From NCBI GenBank assembly GCA_002269645.1, contig NIVC01000085.1:372001-436000 (forward strand): DNA of 64,000 bases, in the 5' to 3' direction. The stretch is from Macrostomum lignano (Eukaryota). A program made the translations under genes and the position numbers. The notes beneath the pieces were generated by a model. It did no database searches. It was not told the origin of the DNA and was given only the letters and a program-made list of their open reading frames with translations. Numbering within the stretch: position 1 is the stretch's first letter; every line of letters begins with the position of its first letter. Of the stretch, positions 51,290 through 63,801 are shown piece by piece.

Positions 51290-53650
51290 AAAGGCACTTC
51301 ATGCAAAGACACTGCATTGGGGACACTTTGGTGCAAAGACACTTCATTGAGGACACTTTGGTGCAAAGACACTTCAGTGCAAAGACACTTAATTAAGGAC
51401 ACTTCAGTGCAAAGACACTTCATTGAGGACACTTCAGTGCAAATACACGTCATTGAGGACACTTCAGTGCAAAGACACTTCATTAAGGACACTTTGGTGC
51501 AAAGACACTTCATTAAGGACACTTTGGTGCAAAGACACTTCATTAAGGACACTTTGGTGCAAAGACACTTCATTAAGGACACTTTGGTGCAAAGACACTT
51601 CATTAAGGACACTTTGGTGCAAAGACACTTCATTAAGGACACTTTGGTGCAAAGACACTTCATTAAGGACACTTTAGTGCAAAGACACTTCATTAAGGAC
51701 ACTTTGGTGCAAAGACACTTCATTAAGGACACTTTGGTGCAAAGACACTTCATTAAGGACACTTTGGTGCAAAGACACTTCATTAAGGACACTTTGGTGC
51801 AAAGACACTTCATTAAGGACACTTTGGTGCAAAGACACTTCATTAAGGACACTTTAGTGCAAAGACATTTCATTAAGGACACTTTGGTGCAAAGACATTT
51901 CATTAAGGACACTTTGGTGCAAAGACACTTCATTAAGGACACTTTGGTGCAAAGACACTTCATTAAGGACACTTTGGTGCAAAGACACGTCATTAAGGAC
52001 ACTTTAGTGCAAAGACACTTCATTAAGGACACTTTGGTGCAAAGACACTTCATTGAGGACAGTTCAGTGCAAAGACACTTCATTGAGGACACTTTCATTG
52101 CAAAGACACTTCATTGAGGACAGTTCAGTGCAAAGACACTTCATTAAGGACACTTCATGCAAAGACACTTCATTGAGGACAGTTCAGTGCAAAGACACTT
52201 CATTGAGGACACTTCAGTGCAAAGACACGTCATTGAGGACACTTCAGTGCAAAGGCACTTTATTGAGGACACTTTGGTGCAAAGACACTTCATTAAGGAC
52301 ACTTTGGTGCAAAGACACTTCATTAAGGACACTTTGGTGCAAAGACACTTCATTAAGGACACTTCAGTGCAAAGACATTTCATTAAGGACACTTTGGTGC
52401 AAAGACATTTCATTAAAGACACTTTGGTGCAAAGACACTTCATTAAGGACACTTTGGTGCAAAGACATTTCATTAAAAACACTTTGGTGCAAAGACACTT
52501 CATTAAGGACACTTTGGTGCAAAGACATTTCATTAAAAACACTTTGGTGCAAAGACACTTCATTAAAAACACTTTGGTGCAAAGACACTTCATTAAGGAC
52601 ACTTTGGTGCAAAGACACTTCATTAAGGACACTTTGGTGCAAAGACACTTCATTAAGGACACTTTCATTGCAAAAACACTTCATTAAGGACACTTTGGTG
52701 CAAAGACACTTCATTAAGGACACTTTGGTGCAAAGACATTTCATTAAGGACACTTTGGTGCAAAGACATTTCATTAAAAACACTTTGGTGCAAAGACATT
52801 TCATTAAGGACACTTTGGTGCAAAGACACTTCATTAAGGACACTTTGGTGCAATGACATTTCATTAAGGACACTTTGGTGCAAAGACATTTCATTAAGGA
52901 CACTTTGGTGCAAAGACACTTCATTAAAAACACTTTGGTGCAAAGACATTTCATTAAGGACACTTTGGTGAAAAGACATTTCATTAAGGACACTTTGGTG
53001 CAAAGACATTTCATTAAGGACACTTTGGTGCAAAGACATTTCATTAAGAACACTTTGGTGCAAAGACATTTCATTAAGGACACTTTGGTGCAAAGACACT
53101 TCATTGAGGACACTTTGGTGCAAAGACATTTCATTAAGGACACTTTGGTGCAAAGACATTTCATTAAGGACACTTTGGTGCAAAGACACTTCATTAAGGA
53201 CACTTTTGTGCAGACAGTTCATTGAGGACACTTCAGTGCAGACAGTTCATTGAGGACACTTCAGTGCAGACAGTTCATTGAGGACACTTCAGTGCAGACA
53301 GTTCATTGAGGACACTTCAGTGCAGACAGTTCATTGAGGACACTTCAGTGCAGACAGTTCATTGAGGACACTTCAGTGCAGACAGTTCATTGAGGACACT
53401 TCAGTGCAAAGACATGTCATTGAGGACACTTCAGTGCAAATACACTTCATTGGGGACACTTCAGTGCAAAGACACGTCATTGAGGACACTTCAGTGCAAA
53501 GACATGTCATTGAGGACACTTCAGTGCAAATACACTTCATTGGGGACACTTCAGTGCAAAGACACGTCATTGAGGACACTTAAGAGCAAAGACACGTCAT
53601 TGAGGACACTTCAGAGCAAAGACACGTCATTGAGGACACTTCAGAGCAAA
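51290..53650. repeat. Expanded 30-bp minisatellite
   Basis: Same unit as 37650-38450; source of many spurious ORFs. Confidence 0.95.
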
Positions 53651-53718
53651 GGCAAAGACACGCAAAGAATCTCCAGCGAGAGAGAGAGTCTCCAAAGAAT
53701 CACAGCCTAGTCATAGAT

Positions 53719-56700
53719 CTAGTCCAGCTTAGACTGCTTAATAAAATGTCCGTCATCAAGAGACAGATTCATCAGGCCTCGTTTGTCCAACTTTTTACTG
53801 GCCAAGAATTGGTGCTTCATCAGCTCATCCGCTGGCTTGCGCTCGATGCGATTTCTAGCGGTGCACTGGCTGTAGAAATCCTTCAGCTCAACAGAGCCGC
53901 CGTCACGAATAGCGGGGGCTCCGCTTCTTTCGAGTCGCACAGCAACTTGAAAGATTGTTGGAACGTCAGCGAAGGGTCGAGAGCCGGTGGCCATCTGGAA
54001 GACCGAGCAGCCGAACGCCCAGATGTCCGACTCTCTGCTGTACTGCGGTCTGTCAGCCTCACCAGCTCCAAGCAGCTCTGGTGCCATGAAGTTCAAAGTG
54101 CCTTCAGGTTTTTGAGTTGTGGCCGAGATGTGGCTGACTGATTTCTCCAGCTTGATTGACAGGCCGAAGTCGATCAGCTTGATGCGCGTGTTGTCGGCGA
54201 GGACAATGATGTTGGAGCAGTTGATGTCTCTGTGGATCACGGGCGGCCGTCGGCTGTGCAGGTAGAGCAGCGCGCTGCAGATCTGCAAGCGGTCGGTCGA
54301 CAGTTTTGAATATAAAAAGCCAACTCAACCCAGGCTGAAAATACAGAAATTCTCACCTGCTTGCTAAAGGAACAAACGGCTGCCTCATCCAGCGGCTTGT
54401 TGTCGATAAACCTCTCCAAGCTGCGCCCGTCCAGCAGCTCCATGAACACAACGACTGTGGCGGGCTCCGGCTGAGCCATGTGCAAGAACCTGACGATGTT
54501 GGGATGCCGCAGTCGGCACAGGTTTCTCTCGCTCTCAATAGCGCCTTCGATTTTCTTTCTAATAGAATCCAGCTGGTCCCCGAGGTGCACAGGCAGTTTG
54601 AGAGTCTTGGCGGCGCACCTGATGCCCGTATCTGTCAGAACTTCGTGGACTTCGCCGAAACCTCCCCGACCAATAAGTCGACCGGTTTCCCAGTCCTCTA
54701 AGAATGGCGGATGGTCGTCCTCTCTGAAAGTCCGCAGTTAAAATGGCGAATTCCTGCATAGTTATACTTAAAAGTCGTCAAAGAGTCGCCCAAGAACCAC
54801 TTTGAAGCGTTTTATTGCCTGCGACTTTGAAGCGACTCTGGGGTCGTAAAGTGGTAAGGCGTGCTGTAGAGTCACTGAGTTGTGTTTGAAGCGCATTTGC
54901 GTCGCTTGATGAATCAGAGTCGCATCTCAAGCGAAAGTTAAGCGCCAACACAACGATTCTTGGACGACTCTTTCACGACTCTTTTACGATTCTACAACTG
55001 ACGTGACGCGCTTGTGACGCAACCTTTGAGTCGCTAAAAAGTCACAGGAGTTGCTCAAGAGTCGCTAGAGTCACTAGAGAGTTGTTTGGAATGACTCTTT
55101 TACGATTCTACAACTGACGTGACGCGCTTGTGACGCAACGTTTGAGTCGCTAAAAAGTCACAGGAGTTGCTCAAGGGTCGCTAGAGTCACTAGAGAGTTG
55201 TTTGGAATGACTCTTTTACGATTCTACAACTGACGTGACGCGCTTGTGACGCAACGTTTGAGTCGCTAAAAAGTCACAGGAGTTGCTCAAGGGTCGCTAG
55301 AGTCACTAGAGAGTTGTTTGGAATGACTCTTTTACGATTCTACAACTGACGTGACGCGCTTGTGACGCAACGTTTGAGTCGCTAAAAAGTCACAGGAGTT
55401 GCTCAAGGGTCGCTAGAGTCACTAGAGAGTTGTTTGGAATGACTCTTTTACGATTCTACAACTGACGTGACGCGCTTGTGACGCAACGTTTGAGTCGCTA
55501 AAAAGTCACAGGAGTTGCTCAAGGGTCGCTAGAGTCACTAGAGAGTTGTTTGGAATGACTCTTTAGCAATTCTTGCCATAGAAAAATTTTTAATGGCATG
55601 CTCTACGAAAAATCCGTAGCAAGGAATGCCCACGGACTCTCCGGTGTAGAATGTGGAGCACTTCAACTGTGAATGCCCCGCCTTTACTCAGTACATTTTC
55701 AGGCCCCCGAGAATCTCTACCAGCTTGTCCGCTACCTAAGGGCTACCGGGCGAGCGACCATCCACCTTTCTGGACTCTCCGGAGGAGGACCGCGCTGCGG
55801 ACACCGGCACCACCGGATCTCCCGGCTTCGACCCCTTAGGGTATGCGCTTTAATAGTCAGATTGACTTACGGCAGTTCAAGGGGCTCATCAAAGTAGACT
55901 TTGGTTTCGCACCTGAAACAATGATTAATAGATATAATAGAACGAAAGTACTCAGATTAATTATAATAGTAATATTTTATTAACAGTACACCTTGCCCTA
56001 ATGAGCAGATTGGAAGGTTGCATACGGCTGTTCAGTCCAAGGACTGGTGGGTCGCCACACACAGCCTCAATTACCCCAGCTAATGCTGGCACCCATTTTA
56101 CAGCTGGGTGAACTGAAGCAATACAGAGTTAAGTGTCTTGCTCAAGGACACAAAGTGTTCCGAGTGCGTCGAGAATCGAACGCGGGACCTTTTAGTCGTA
56201 AGTGCGACGCTTAACCCGGTTGTCGGCAATTGTTTTACAGATGCATTACAGATCCATACTACTCAAAAACACCGATTAATGTATCTGTTTTTTACTTCAA
56301 GGGCCAGATAAAAAGTTTTGTAATGAGATAAGATGAGAGGAGAGAGGAGATGAGATGAGAGGAGAGAGGAGATGAGACAAGAGAGGAGATGAGAGGAGAT
56401 AGATGAGATGAGAGAAGAGAGGAGATAAGATGAGAGGAGAGAGATAAGATGAGAGGAGAGAGATGAGAGGAGAGGAGAGAGATGAGATGAGAGGAGAGAG
56501 ATGAGATGAGAGGAGAGAGATTAGATGAGAGGAGAGAGATGAGAGAAGAGGAGCTAGAGAACTTAGAAGAGACACAAACCTTGAGCAGGCCGCATTGCTA
56601 TTGTGAAGTTTCAAAGGACCCGAAGGCCACTTAGGCCAGATAGAGAGGCATTGCGGGCCGCTTGTGGCTCGCGGGTCGGAGGTTGCGGACCCCTGCTCTA

Positions 56701-58702
56701 AGCACTAAGGCTACAAGCCATACTACTCAAAAACACAGAGTAAATGCATCTGCAAGAACCTCACCCACGCAGCAGCGCTTCCAGTTCAGCTTTGCCATTC
56801 TCCCTGGCCAAGTCTCGAGCTGTCCTGCCCAGCTGGTCCTCCAGGCTCCAGTCCGAGCCGGAGTCCAACAGAACCCGACAGACAGCGGTGGCGGCAGACG
56901 GGGACGCTGAGATGGTGGCCCTCATCAACGGCGAGACTGATTGCTCATCCTTGGCATTGACGGAAGCTCCAGAGTGCAGCAGGGCGGAGGCTGCGACAGA
57001 GTTGCCGCTCCAGGCAGCGTGATGCAGGCAGCTCTCGGACCACATGTCAGCACAGGTGGGATCTGCCAGCTGCAGCAGCTGTTCCCACAAATATTCGTCA
57101 CTGCAGTTGCTGTTGCCAGCTGCCCACATCAGCGCCGTGCGGCCGTACTTGTCCGGCAAGTCGTAGCCGTCTTGGGTCGCCAGTTGTCGCAAGCCGGCCG
57201 AATTGCCAGACGTGGCCAGCTTCAGTTGCTTTCTATTGGCTTTTTCCTGCAAAAGCAGGAGGCTAATTATAGGTAATTAACAATTGAGCCTTGCAGTCAA
57301 TGTTTTTATACTGATCCCACTGTGTTCCTCTTGTTTGAGGGGGCGAATCAGATTTCTTCATTGGGGGAGGGGGCGCCAGCACCAGAGGCGCCAGCACCAG
57401 AGGCGCCAGCACCAGAGGCGCCAGCACCAGAGGCGCCAGCACCAGAGGCGCCAGCACCAGAGGCGCCAGCACCAGAGGCGCCAGCACCAGAGGCGCCAGC
57501 ACCAGAGGCGCCAGCACCAGACACCAGAGGCGCCAGCACCAGAGGCGCCAGCACCAGAGGCGCCAGCACCAGAGGCGCCAGCACCAGAGGCGCCAGCACC
57601 AGAGGCGCCAGCACCAGAGGCGCCAGCACCAGAGGCGCCAGCACCAGAGGCGCCAGCACCAGAGGCGCCAGCACCAGAGGCGCCAGCACCAGAGGCGCCA
57701 GCACCAGAGGCGCCAGCACCAGAGGCGCCAGCACCAGAGGCGCCAGCACCAGAGGCGCCAGCACCAGAGGCGCCAGCACCAGAGGCGCCAGCACCAGAGG
57801 CGCCAGCACCAGAGGCGCCAGCACCAGAGGCGCCAGCACCAGAGGCGCCAGCACCAGAGGCGCCAGCACCAGAGGCGCCAGCACCAGAGGCGCCAGCACC
57901 AGAGGCGCCAGCACAGAGGCGCCAGCACCAGAGGCGCCAGCACCAGAGGCGCCAGCACCAGATGCGCCAGCACTAGAGGCTTCACACTGTAGTCGCTGTA
58001 CTCACCTGATCTGTCAGACCGGAGATGTAGCCTTCGTTAGTCACGACCAGACGCATCTCCCTGCAACACCAATTCACAGATAATGAGATGCACCCTAGAT
58101 TCCTGTGCTTGAAAGTAAAAGTTTCAACTCTCACCGCTCAATATCGCTAGCCAGCTCGGAGTGGTCACCGAGTCTCGCCAAATTAACGCTGTCCGACCAT
58201 CGACATCTTTGAGGCCGAGCAGGCGCTCTCTCTCAGAGTTTCCGTACTTCTCGCACTCGTTGAACTGCTTCTGCCTGAGCAGGTGCAGCAGGTGCTTGGC
58301 GCATCTCCAGCTGCCGGTCCGCGCCGCCTCCATCAGCGGAGTGGCGCCCCGCCGGTTCTGCAGCCACTTCGCATCGAACGACAGCAGCGTCAGCAGCCGC
58401 AGGTGGTCCCGACGGGCTGCCAGGTGCGCGGCTGTGTCGCCCGAGCCGTCAGTCGACTTTGGATTGGCGCCCAGCTCGAACAAGTACATGACGCACTTCT
58501 CAGCCTGAATGGGCGTCTCCGGAGCGTCGGCAACCAGCATGAGGACGGTTCGGTGAGCTGCGTCAGTATTGAAGGTCACCAGCTGGCGCGTTGCCAGCCG
58601 CCGCATCTGAGCAAAGTCGCCTCGAATGACTAGCTGGGAGAGACGCAGCAGAGCAGTCTCAAACTCGATATGGTCCAAGGCCAGTTGAAGAAGTGACTGC
58701 AT
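53719..58702 (-). CDS. Gene D: two ankyrin blocks + STE-like kinase; complement join(58135..58702,58006..58060,56765..57246,54357..54723,53719..54282); carries an apparent 1-bp frameshift at ~58185
   Basis: Exon structure mirrors C; summed length 2036 nt is one short of 679 codons; adding one base at 58185 restores AFNLARLGDHSELA homologous to AFDLARINGHSELA in C. Confidence 0.8.
57367..57975. repeat. Intronic 15-bp minisatellite (GCGCCAGCACCAGAG)
   Basis: In intron 2 of D. Confidence 0.95.
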
Positions 58703-58889
58703 CTTTTATTTGCTCCTACTGTTGGCTCAGAACGGTCTTCGCATAAAACAAAATCGTTCGGAACAAGTTGAAGAAGTCCTTGACTGCGGTAACTAATTAT
58801 CCAACCATATTATAAATAAAAGCTGGCAATCACTTTTAGGACGTTTTGGTGGCCTCCAATTGGGCCGTTTTAGCTTTAGTTTGCCTACC

Positions 58890-59130
58890 CCCAGAATCTG
58901 ACGAATCTCACCCCCAGAATCTGACGAATCTCACCCCCAGAATCTGACGAATCTCACCCCTTAGAGTCTGACGATTCTTACCCCCAGAATCTCACGATTC
59001 TTACCCCCAGAATCTCACGATTCTAACCCCCAGAATCTCACGATTCTTACCCCCAGAATCTCACGATTCTTACCCCCCAGAATCGCACGATTCTTACCCC
59101 CCAGAATCTCACGATTCTTACCCCCCAGAA
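58890..59130. repeat. Short variable minisatellite (CCCCAGAATCTCACGATTCTTAC) between the Rel gene and gene D
   Basis: Direct reading. Confidence 0.85.
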
Positions 59131-59619
59131 TCTGTCCTTCACAACCACAGGAGCAGAGAAGCCTGAAGATGTGAGACAGCCCCGCTTTACATCCCCTGTC
59201 ATTGGGCTCAGATTGTCGCCTAATATTAGCGGCCTTTCCAACCCAGCTAGCAAAAATTAGACACAAAGACAAGCATTTAATGAATAGTATAAAATAGTAA
59301 TGAATCATGAATTTATATTGTAAGTAAAAGCTACACAAAAAAATCTTGAGTAGCTCATTTACTGCTCAGCAATTTGCTAAAAAATGTACTTTGTAAGATT
59401 CTTAGAAAAAAAGGGAAGCCGGAACCGTCTGCAGGTTGGCACCCGGTCGCAGGTGTATAAAAAATGGCTAAGAATTGAGCCTCAAAAATCAAAATCAACC
59501 AACATTATAGCCGATATATAAAAAATGATCAAATTATTGAATAAAATCAATAATTCTGGAATTGAATATTGGCGCCTAGAATATCATCAGAGTCAAAGAG
59601 TGTAACTGGGGCTTTCTGC

Positions 59620-62600
59620 CTACTGCCGCTGTTGAACAGGCGGCAAGTCGTTGATCTCCGAGATCTCCTCCATGAATTTGGAAATTTCCATCATATCCAA
59701 ATCAGGCAGGTCCAGGTCGTCTGAGGGAATGAGAAAAAAGCGTAGAAAAAAACTATAAATTCATTTTTGTTTATACTACTTATAACTGCTGTTGAATTAG
59801 TAGTATAAACCATAGCAAAAATGTGCAGATTTTTGCAAAAAATAATGAAAATAAATACCCGGGATTGGCGACTCTTCCTCCCGCTCAGGATGCTGCGGCG
59901 GAAGCTGAGACACCGCACCGAATGCACCGTCAAGTAGGCCGCTGCTGCACTGCGGACAGGCAAGCCGATTAAAGAAGACATCGGCCGCCAGCTCGTTGTT
60001 GCCGCTGGTGTCGGCGAAACGAAGCTCGCACTGGATTCGTTCGGCCTCGGCCAGCGCCACGGCTGGCGGCAACTGCAGCTGCAGCTCCAGCAGATTCTTC
60101 GGGGCGGGCAGCCGAGGGTTTATGAAGAGCTGGGAGGCTGTGTGTGGCTCAGCAACTGAGGATCTGGGAGGCCGTGTGTGGCCCAGCAACTGAGGATCTG
60201 GGAGACTGTGGCCCAACAACTGAGGAGCTGGGAGGCTGGCCCAGCAACTGAGGATCTGGGAGGCTGGCCCAACAACTGAGGAGCTGGGAGGCTGGCCCAG
60301 TAAGTGGGATCTGGGAGGCTGGCTCAGCAACTGAGGAGCTGGTAGGCTGTGGCCCAGTAACTGAGGATCTGGGAGGCTGGCTCAGCAACTGAGGATCTGG
60401 GAGACTGTGGCCCAGCAACTGAGGATCTGGGAGGCTGGCCCAACAACTGAGGAGCTGGGAGGCTGGCCCAGCAAGTGGGATATGGGAGGCTGGCTCAGCA
60501 ACTGAGGAGCTGGTAGGCTGGCCCAACAACTGAGGAGCTGGGAGGCTGGCTGAGCAACTGAGGATCTGGGAAGCTGGCCCAGCAACTGAGGATCTGGGAG
60601 GCTGGCCCAACAACTGAGGATCTGGGAGGCTGTGGCCCAGCAACTGAGGATCTGGGAGGCTGTGGCCCAGCAACTGAGGAGCTGGGAGGCTGTGGCCCAA
60701 CAACTGAGGATCTGGGAGGCTGTGGCCCAGCAACTGAGGAGCTGGGAGGCTGTGGCCCAACAACTGAGGATCTGGGAGGCTGGCTCAGCAAGTGAGGATC
60801 TGGGAGGCTGGTGGCCCAGTAACTGAGGATCTGGGAGGCTGGCTCAGCAACTGAGGATCTGGGAGACTGTGGCCCAGCAACTGAGGATCTGGGAGGCTGG
60901 CCCAACAACTGAGGAGCTGGGAGGCTGGCCCAGCAAGTGGGATATGGGAGGCTGGCTCAGCAACTGAGGAGCTGGTAGGCTGGCCCAACAACTGAGGAGC
61001 TGGGAGGCTGGCCCAGCAAGTGGGATCTGGGAGGCTGGCTCAGCAAGTGGGATCTGGGAGGCTGGCCCAGCAACTGAGGAGCTGGGAGGCTGGCTCAGCA
61101 ACTGAGGATCTGGGAGGCTGGCTCAGCAACTGAGGATCTGGGAGGCTGGCCCAACAACTGAGGATCTGGGAGGCTGGCCCAACAACTGAGAATCTGGGAG
61201 GCTGGCTGAGCAACTGAGGATCTGGGAAGCTGGCCCAACAACTGAGGATCTGGGAGGCTGGCCTAACAACTGAGGATCTGAGATGCTGGCCCAACAACTG
61301 AGGATCTGGGAGGCTGGCCCAACAACTGAGGATCTGGGATGCTGGCTCAGCAACTGAGGATCTGGGAGGCTGGCTCAGCAACTGAGGATCTGGGAGGCTG
61401 GCCCAGCAACTGAGGATCTGGGAGGCTGGCTGAGCAACTGAGGATCTGGGAAGCTGGCCCAGCAACTGAGGATCTGGGAGGCTGGCCCAACAACTGAGGA
61501 TCTGGGAGGCTGGCTCAGCAAGTGAGGATCTGGGAGGCTGGTGGCCCAGCAACTGAGGATCTGGGAGGCTGGTGGCCCAACAACTGAGAATCTGGGAGGC
61601 TGTGGCCCAGCAACTGAGGATCTGGGAGGCTGGCTGAGCAACTGAGGATCTGGGAGGCTGTGGCCCAGCAACTGAGGATCTGGGAGGCTGGCTGAGCAAC
61701 TGAGGATCTGGGAGGCTGGCTCAGCAACTGAGGATCTGGGAGGCTGGCCCAGCAACTGAGGATCTGGGAGGCTGGCCTAGCAACTGGGGGTCTGGGAGGC
61801 TGGCCCAGCAACTGAGGATCTGGGAGGCTGGCCCAGCAACTGAGGATCTGGGAGGCTGGCCCAGCAACTGAGGATCTGAGAGGCTGTGGCCCAGCAACTA
61901 AGGAGCTGGGAAGGGTGGCTCAGCAATGGAGGATTCGGTTTTAAAGGCTCAGATGACGCAGAGCAGCAGGAGAAGCACACAGAGAACAAGGGACTTACAG
62001 CCCTGACAGCTTTGTGCTGAACATCAGCAATTGGCTCCTCCTGATGCGGGCTTGCCAGCCACATGTTATAATTGCCAGAACCTGGAAATTGTTACATTTG
62101 CAGAGTTGATTTTTTACGATTTCAAAAATATAACAACAATGCTCGATAAGCCTACTGTAAGTAGACAGACAGCACATAAATTACTTACGCGCCAAGCCTT
62201 CAATATGCAGCCAAGCTTTTTGCTGAGTTGGCACCATCGGCAGACAGTCGGGCATCATTAGCGACTTCGGTGTAATTCGCACCGCCCTGTGCTGTCCTGA
62301 GTAGTATAGATAGCAAATTCGTTTAAAACTGTGTCGGAATTACAATAAAACGGCTAAGTTAAAAAACATTCAGCGCAACCCACTGTAGATGGCTTCAGTA
62401 ACGATTCGAATGCAGTTGCCAGTTGGCTCGTGGTGGAACACGAAGGCCAGGTGCACGCTCTCCAGCAATGATATATGGCGCGTGTACACGTCGTGAGCAG
62501 TTTGGGTGAATTCTGCCGATATGTATCGAAAGTATACATTGTAGAGCAATAATTACTACAATATAGGAAAGAAAGTTGCTGCAATTTGAGGGACTCACGG

Positions 62601-63801
62601 TGGAGAAACGGCACCTCGCCAGTTTGCAGGCGGTTGGCGATGGCCTGGCGCAGGGCCTCGTGATTTCGCTTGACGCAGAAAATTGCGATGTCGCTCAGCC
62701 TGCGCGATAAACAATGGATGAGTTGATTATCTCTCCCCAGTTTTTAATACCCAGGGTGCTTCCCTTATGCCTTTCATTATAAGCCCTAACACATCGCTTT
62801 CTTGCGATCCCGCATCCACTTTGTGTGATCCCACACTCCCGTCTGTGATCTCACATCCCCTTTCCTGTGATCTCACATCCCCTTTCCTGGGGTCCCATAT
62901 CCCTTCCTGTGATCCCATATCCCATCAATGACCCCACATCCCTATCAGTGATTCCACATCCCTATCAGTGATCCCACATCCCTATCAGTGATCCCACATC
63001 CTTATCAGTGATCCCACATCCCTATCAGTGATTCCATATACTTTTCTTGTGATTTCATATCCCTATCTATATTTCCTATATGTTCCTATAGATCCTATAT
63101 TTCTTTCATGTGATTCAATATTTCTTTCCTGTGATCCCACATCCCTTTCCTGTGATCCCATACTCCCTATCAGTAATCCCACGTCCATTTCTTGTGATCC
63201 TATATCCCTATCCTGTGATCCCATATTCCTATTAGTGATCCCACATCCCTTTCCTGTGATCCCAAATCTCCTTCAGCGGTTCCACATTTCCGCCAATGAT
63301 CCCAAACCATTCGAGCCATCCTCCTGCCCTCAGTAACCCAGATTCCCCTATAATGATGGTTATCATACCTTAATCTTTTGAAAGTCCCAGAATCTATAGT
63401 CAAATGACCCCCCCCCCACTGCTCACTCGACCAGCAGCCCGACCCTGCCATCCTCAAATGTGAGGCTGGGCATTTCGTAGCGACCCCGGAAGATGCCGTT
63501 CTCGCAGCCGCTGCCCACCATGAAGTAGGGATGGATGAGACCGTCGGAGCTGACTGTGGACACGGTGACCGAGATGGAGCCTTGCAGGTAAGGAGCCGAA
63601 GCTGCATCGGTGGACAGACAGGCGGTCACGTACTTGGACCGATTGTATGGCTGTCGACTGTACAAGATGGAGCGAGCCTTCTCAGTGACAAACCGGAATC
63701 TGTACTCTTGCTGAGGCTGGTCCACGATGGAGGCGGAGAGTTGACATTGAGCAGTCATGCTCTGGTTGTCAGGGGGCAGCGTCTGCAGGTTGCCATGACG
63801 A
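59620..63801 (-). CDS. Divergent Rel/NF-kB-family transcription factor (RHD + IPT + acidic tail); complement join(63427..63801,62599..62699,62384..62512,62189..62296,61999..62081,59859..60129,59620..59720); 374 aa from ATG 63758
   Basis: [61 protein letters not shown] (cf. RelA [27 protein letters not shown]), [21 protein letters not shown]; six consecutive splice junctions are phase-compatible. A possible upstream exon lies outside the window. Confidence 0.87.
60130..61925. repeat. Intronic ~28-31-bp variant minisatellite (GCAACTGAGGATCTGGGAGGCTGGCCCA)
   Basis: Fills almost all of intron 5 of the Rel gene. Confidence 0.95.
62810..63260. repeat. Degenerate 20-bp minisatellite (CCCACATCCCTATCAGTGAT)
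   Basis: In intron 1 of the Rel gene. Confidence 0.8.

Noticed and set aside
59677-59690. kB-like palindrome GGAAATTTCC
   Set aside because: Lies in coding sequence of the last Rel exon; a single 10-mer is expected by chance at this scale.
58702-59720. A p105/Relish-like RHD-ankyrin fusion joining the Rel gene to gene D
   Set aside because: Rel frame ends in a spliced terminal exon with TAG at 59620, and D has an in-frame stop two codons before its ATG with no good acceptor; only alternative-splicing data could revive it.
6783-61925. CRISPR-like arrays among the many tandem repeats
   Set aside because: Units are contiguous with no unique spacers and no cas genes.
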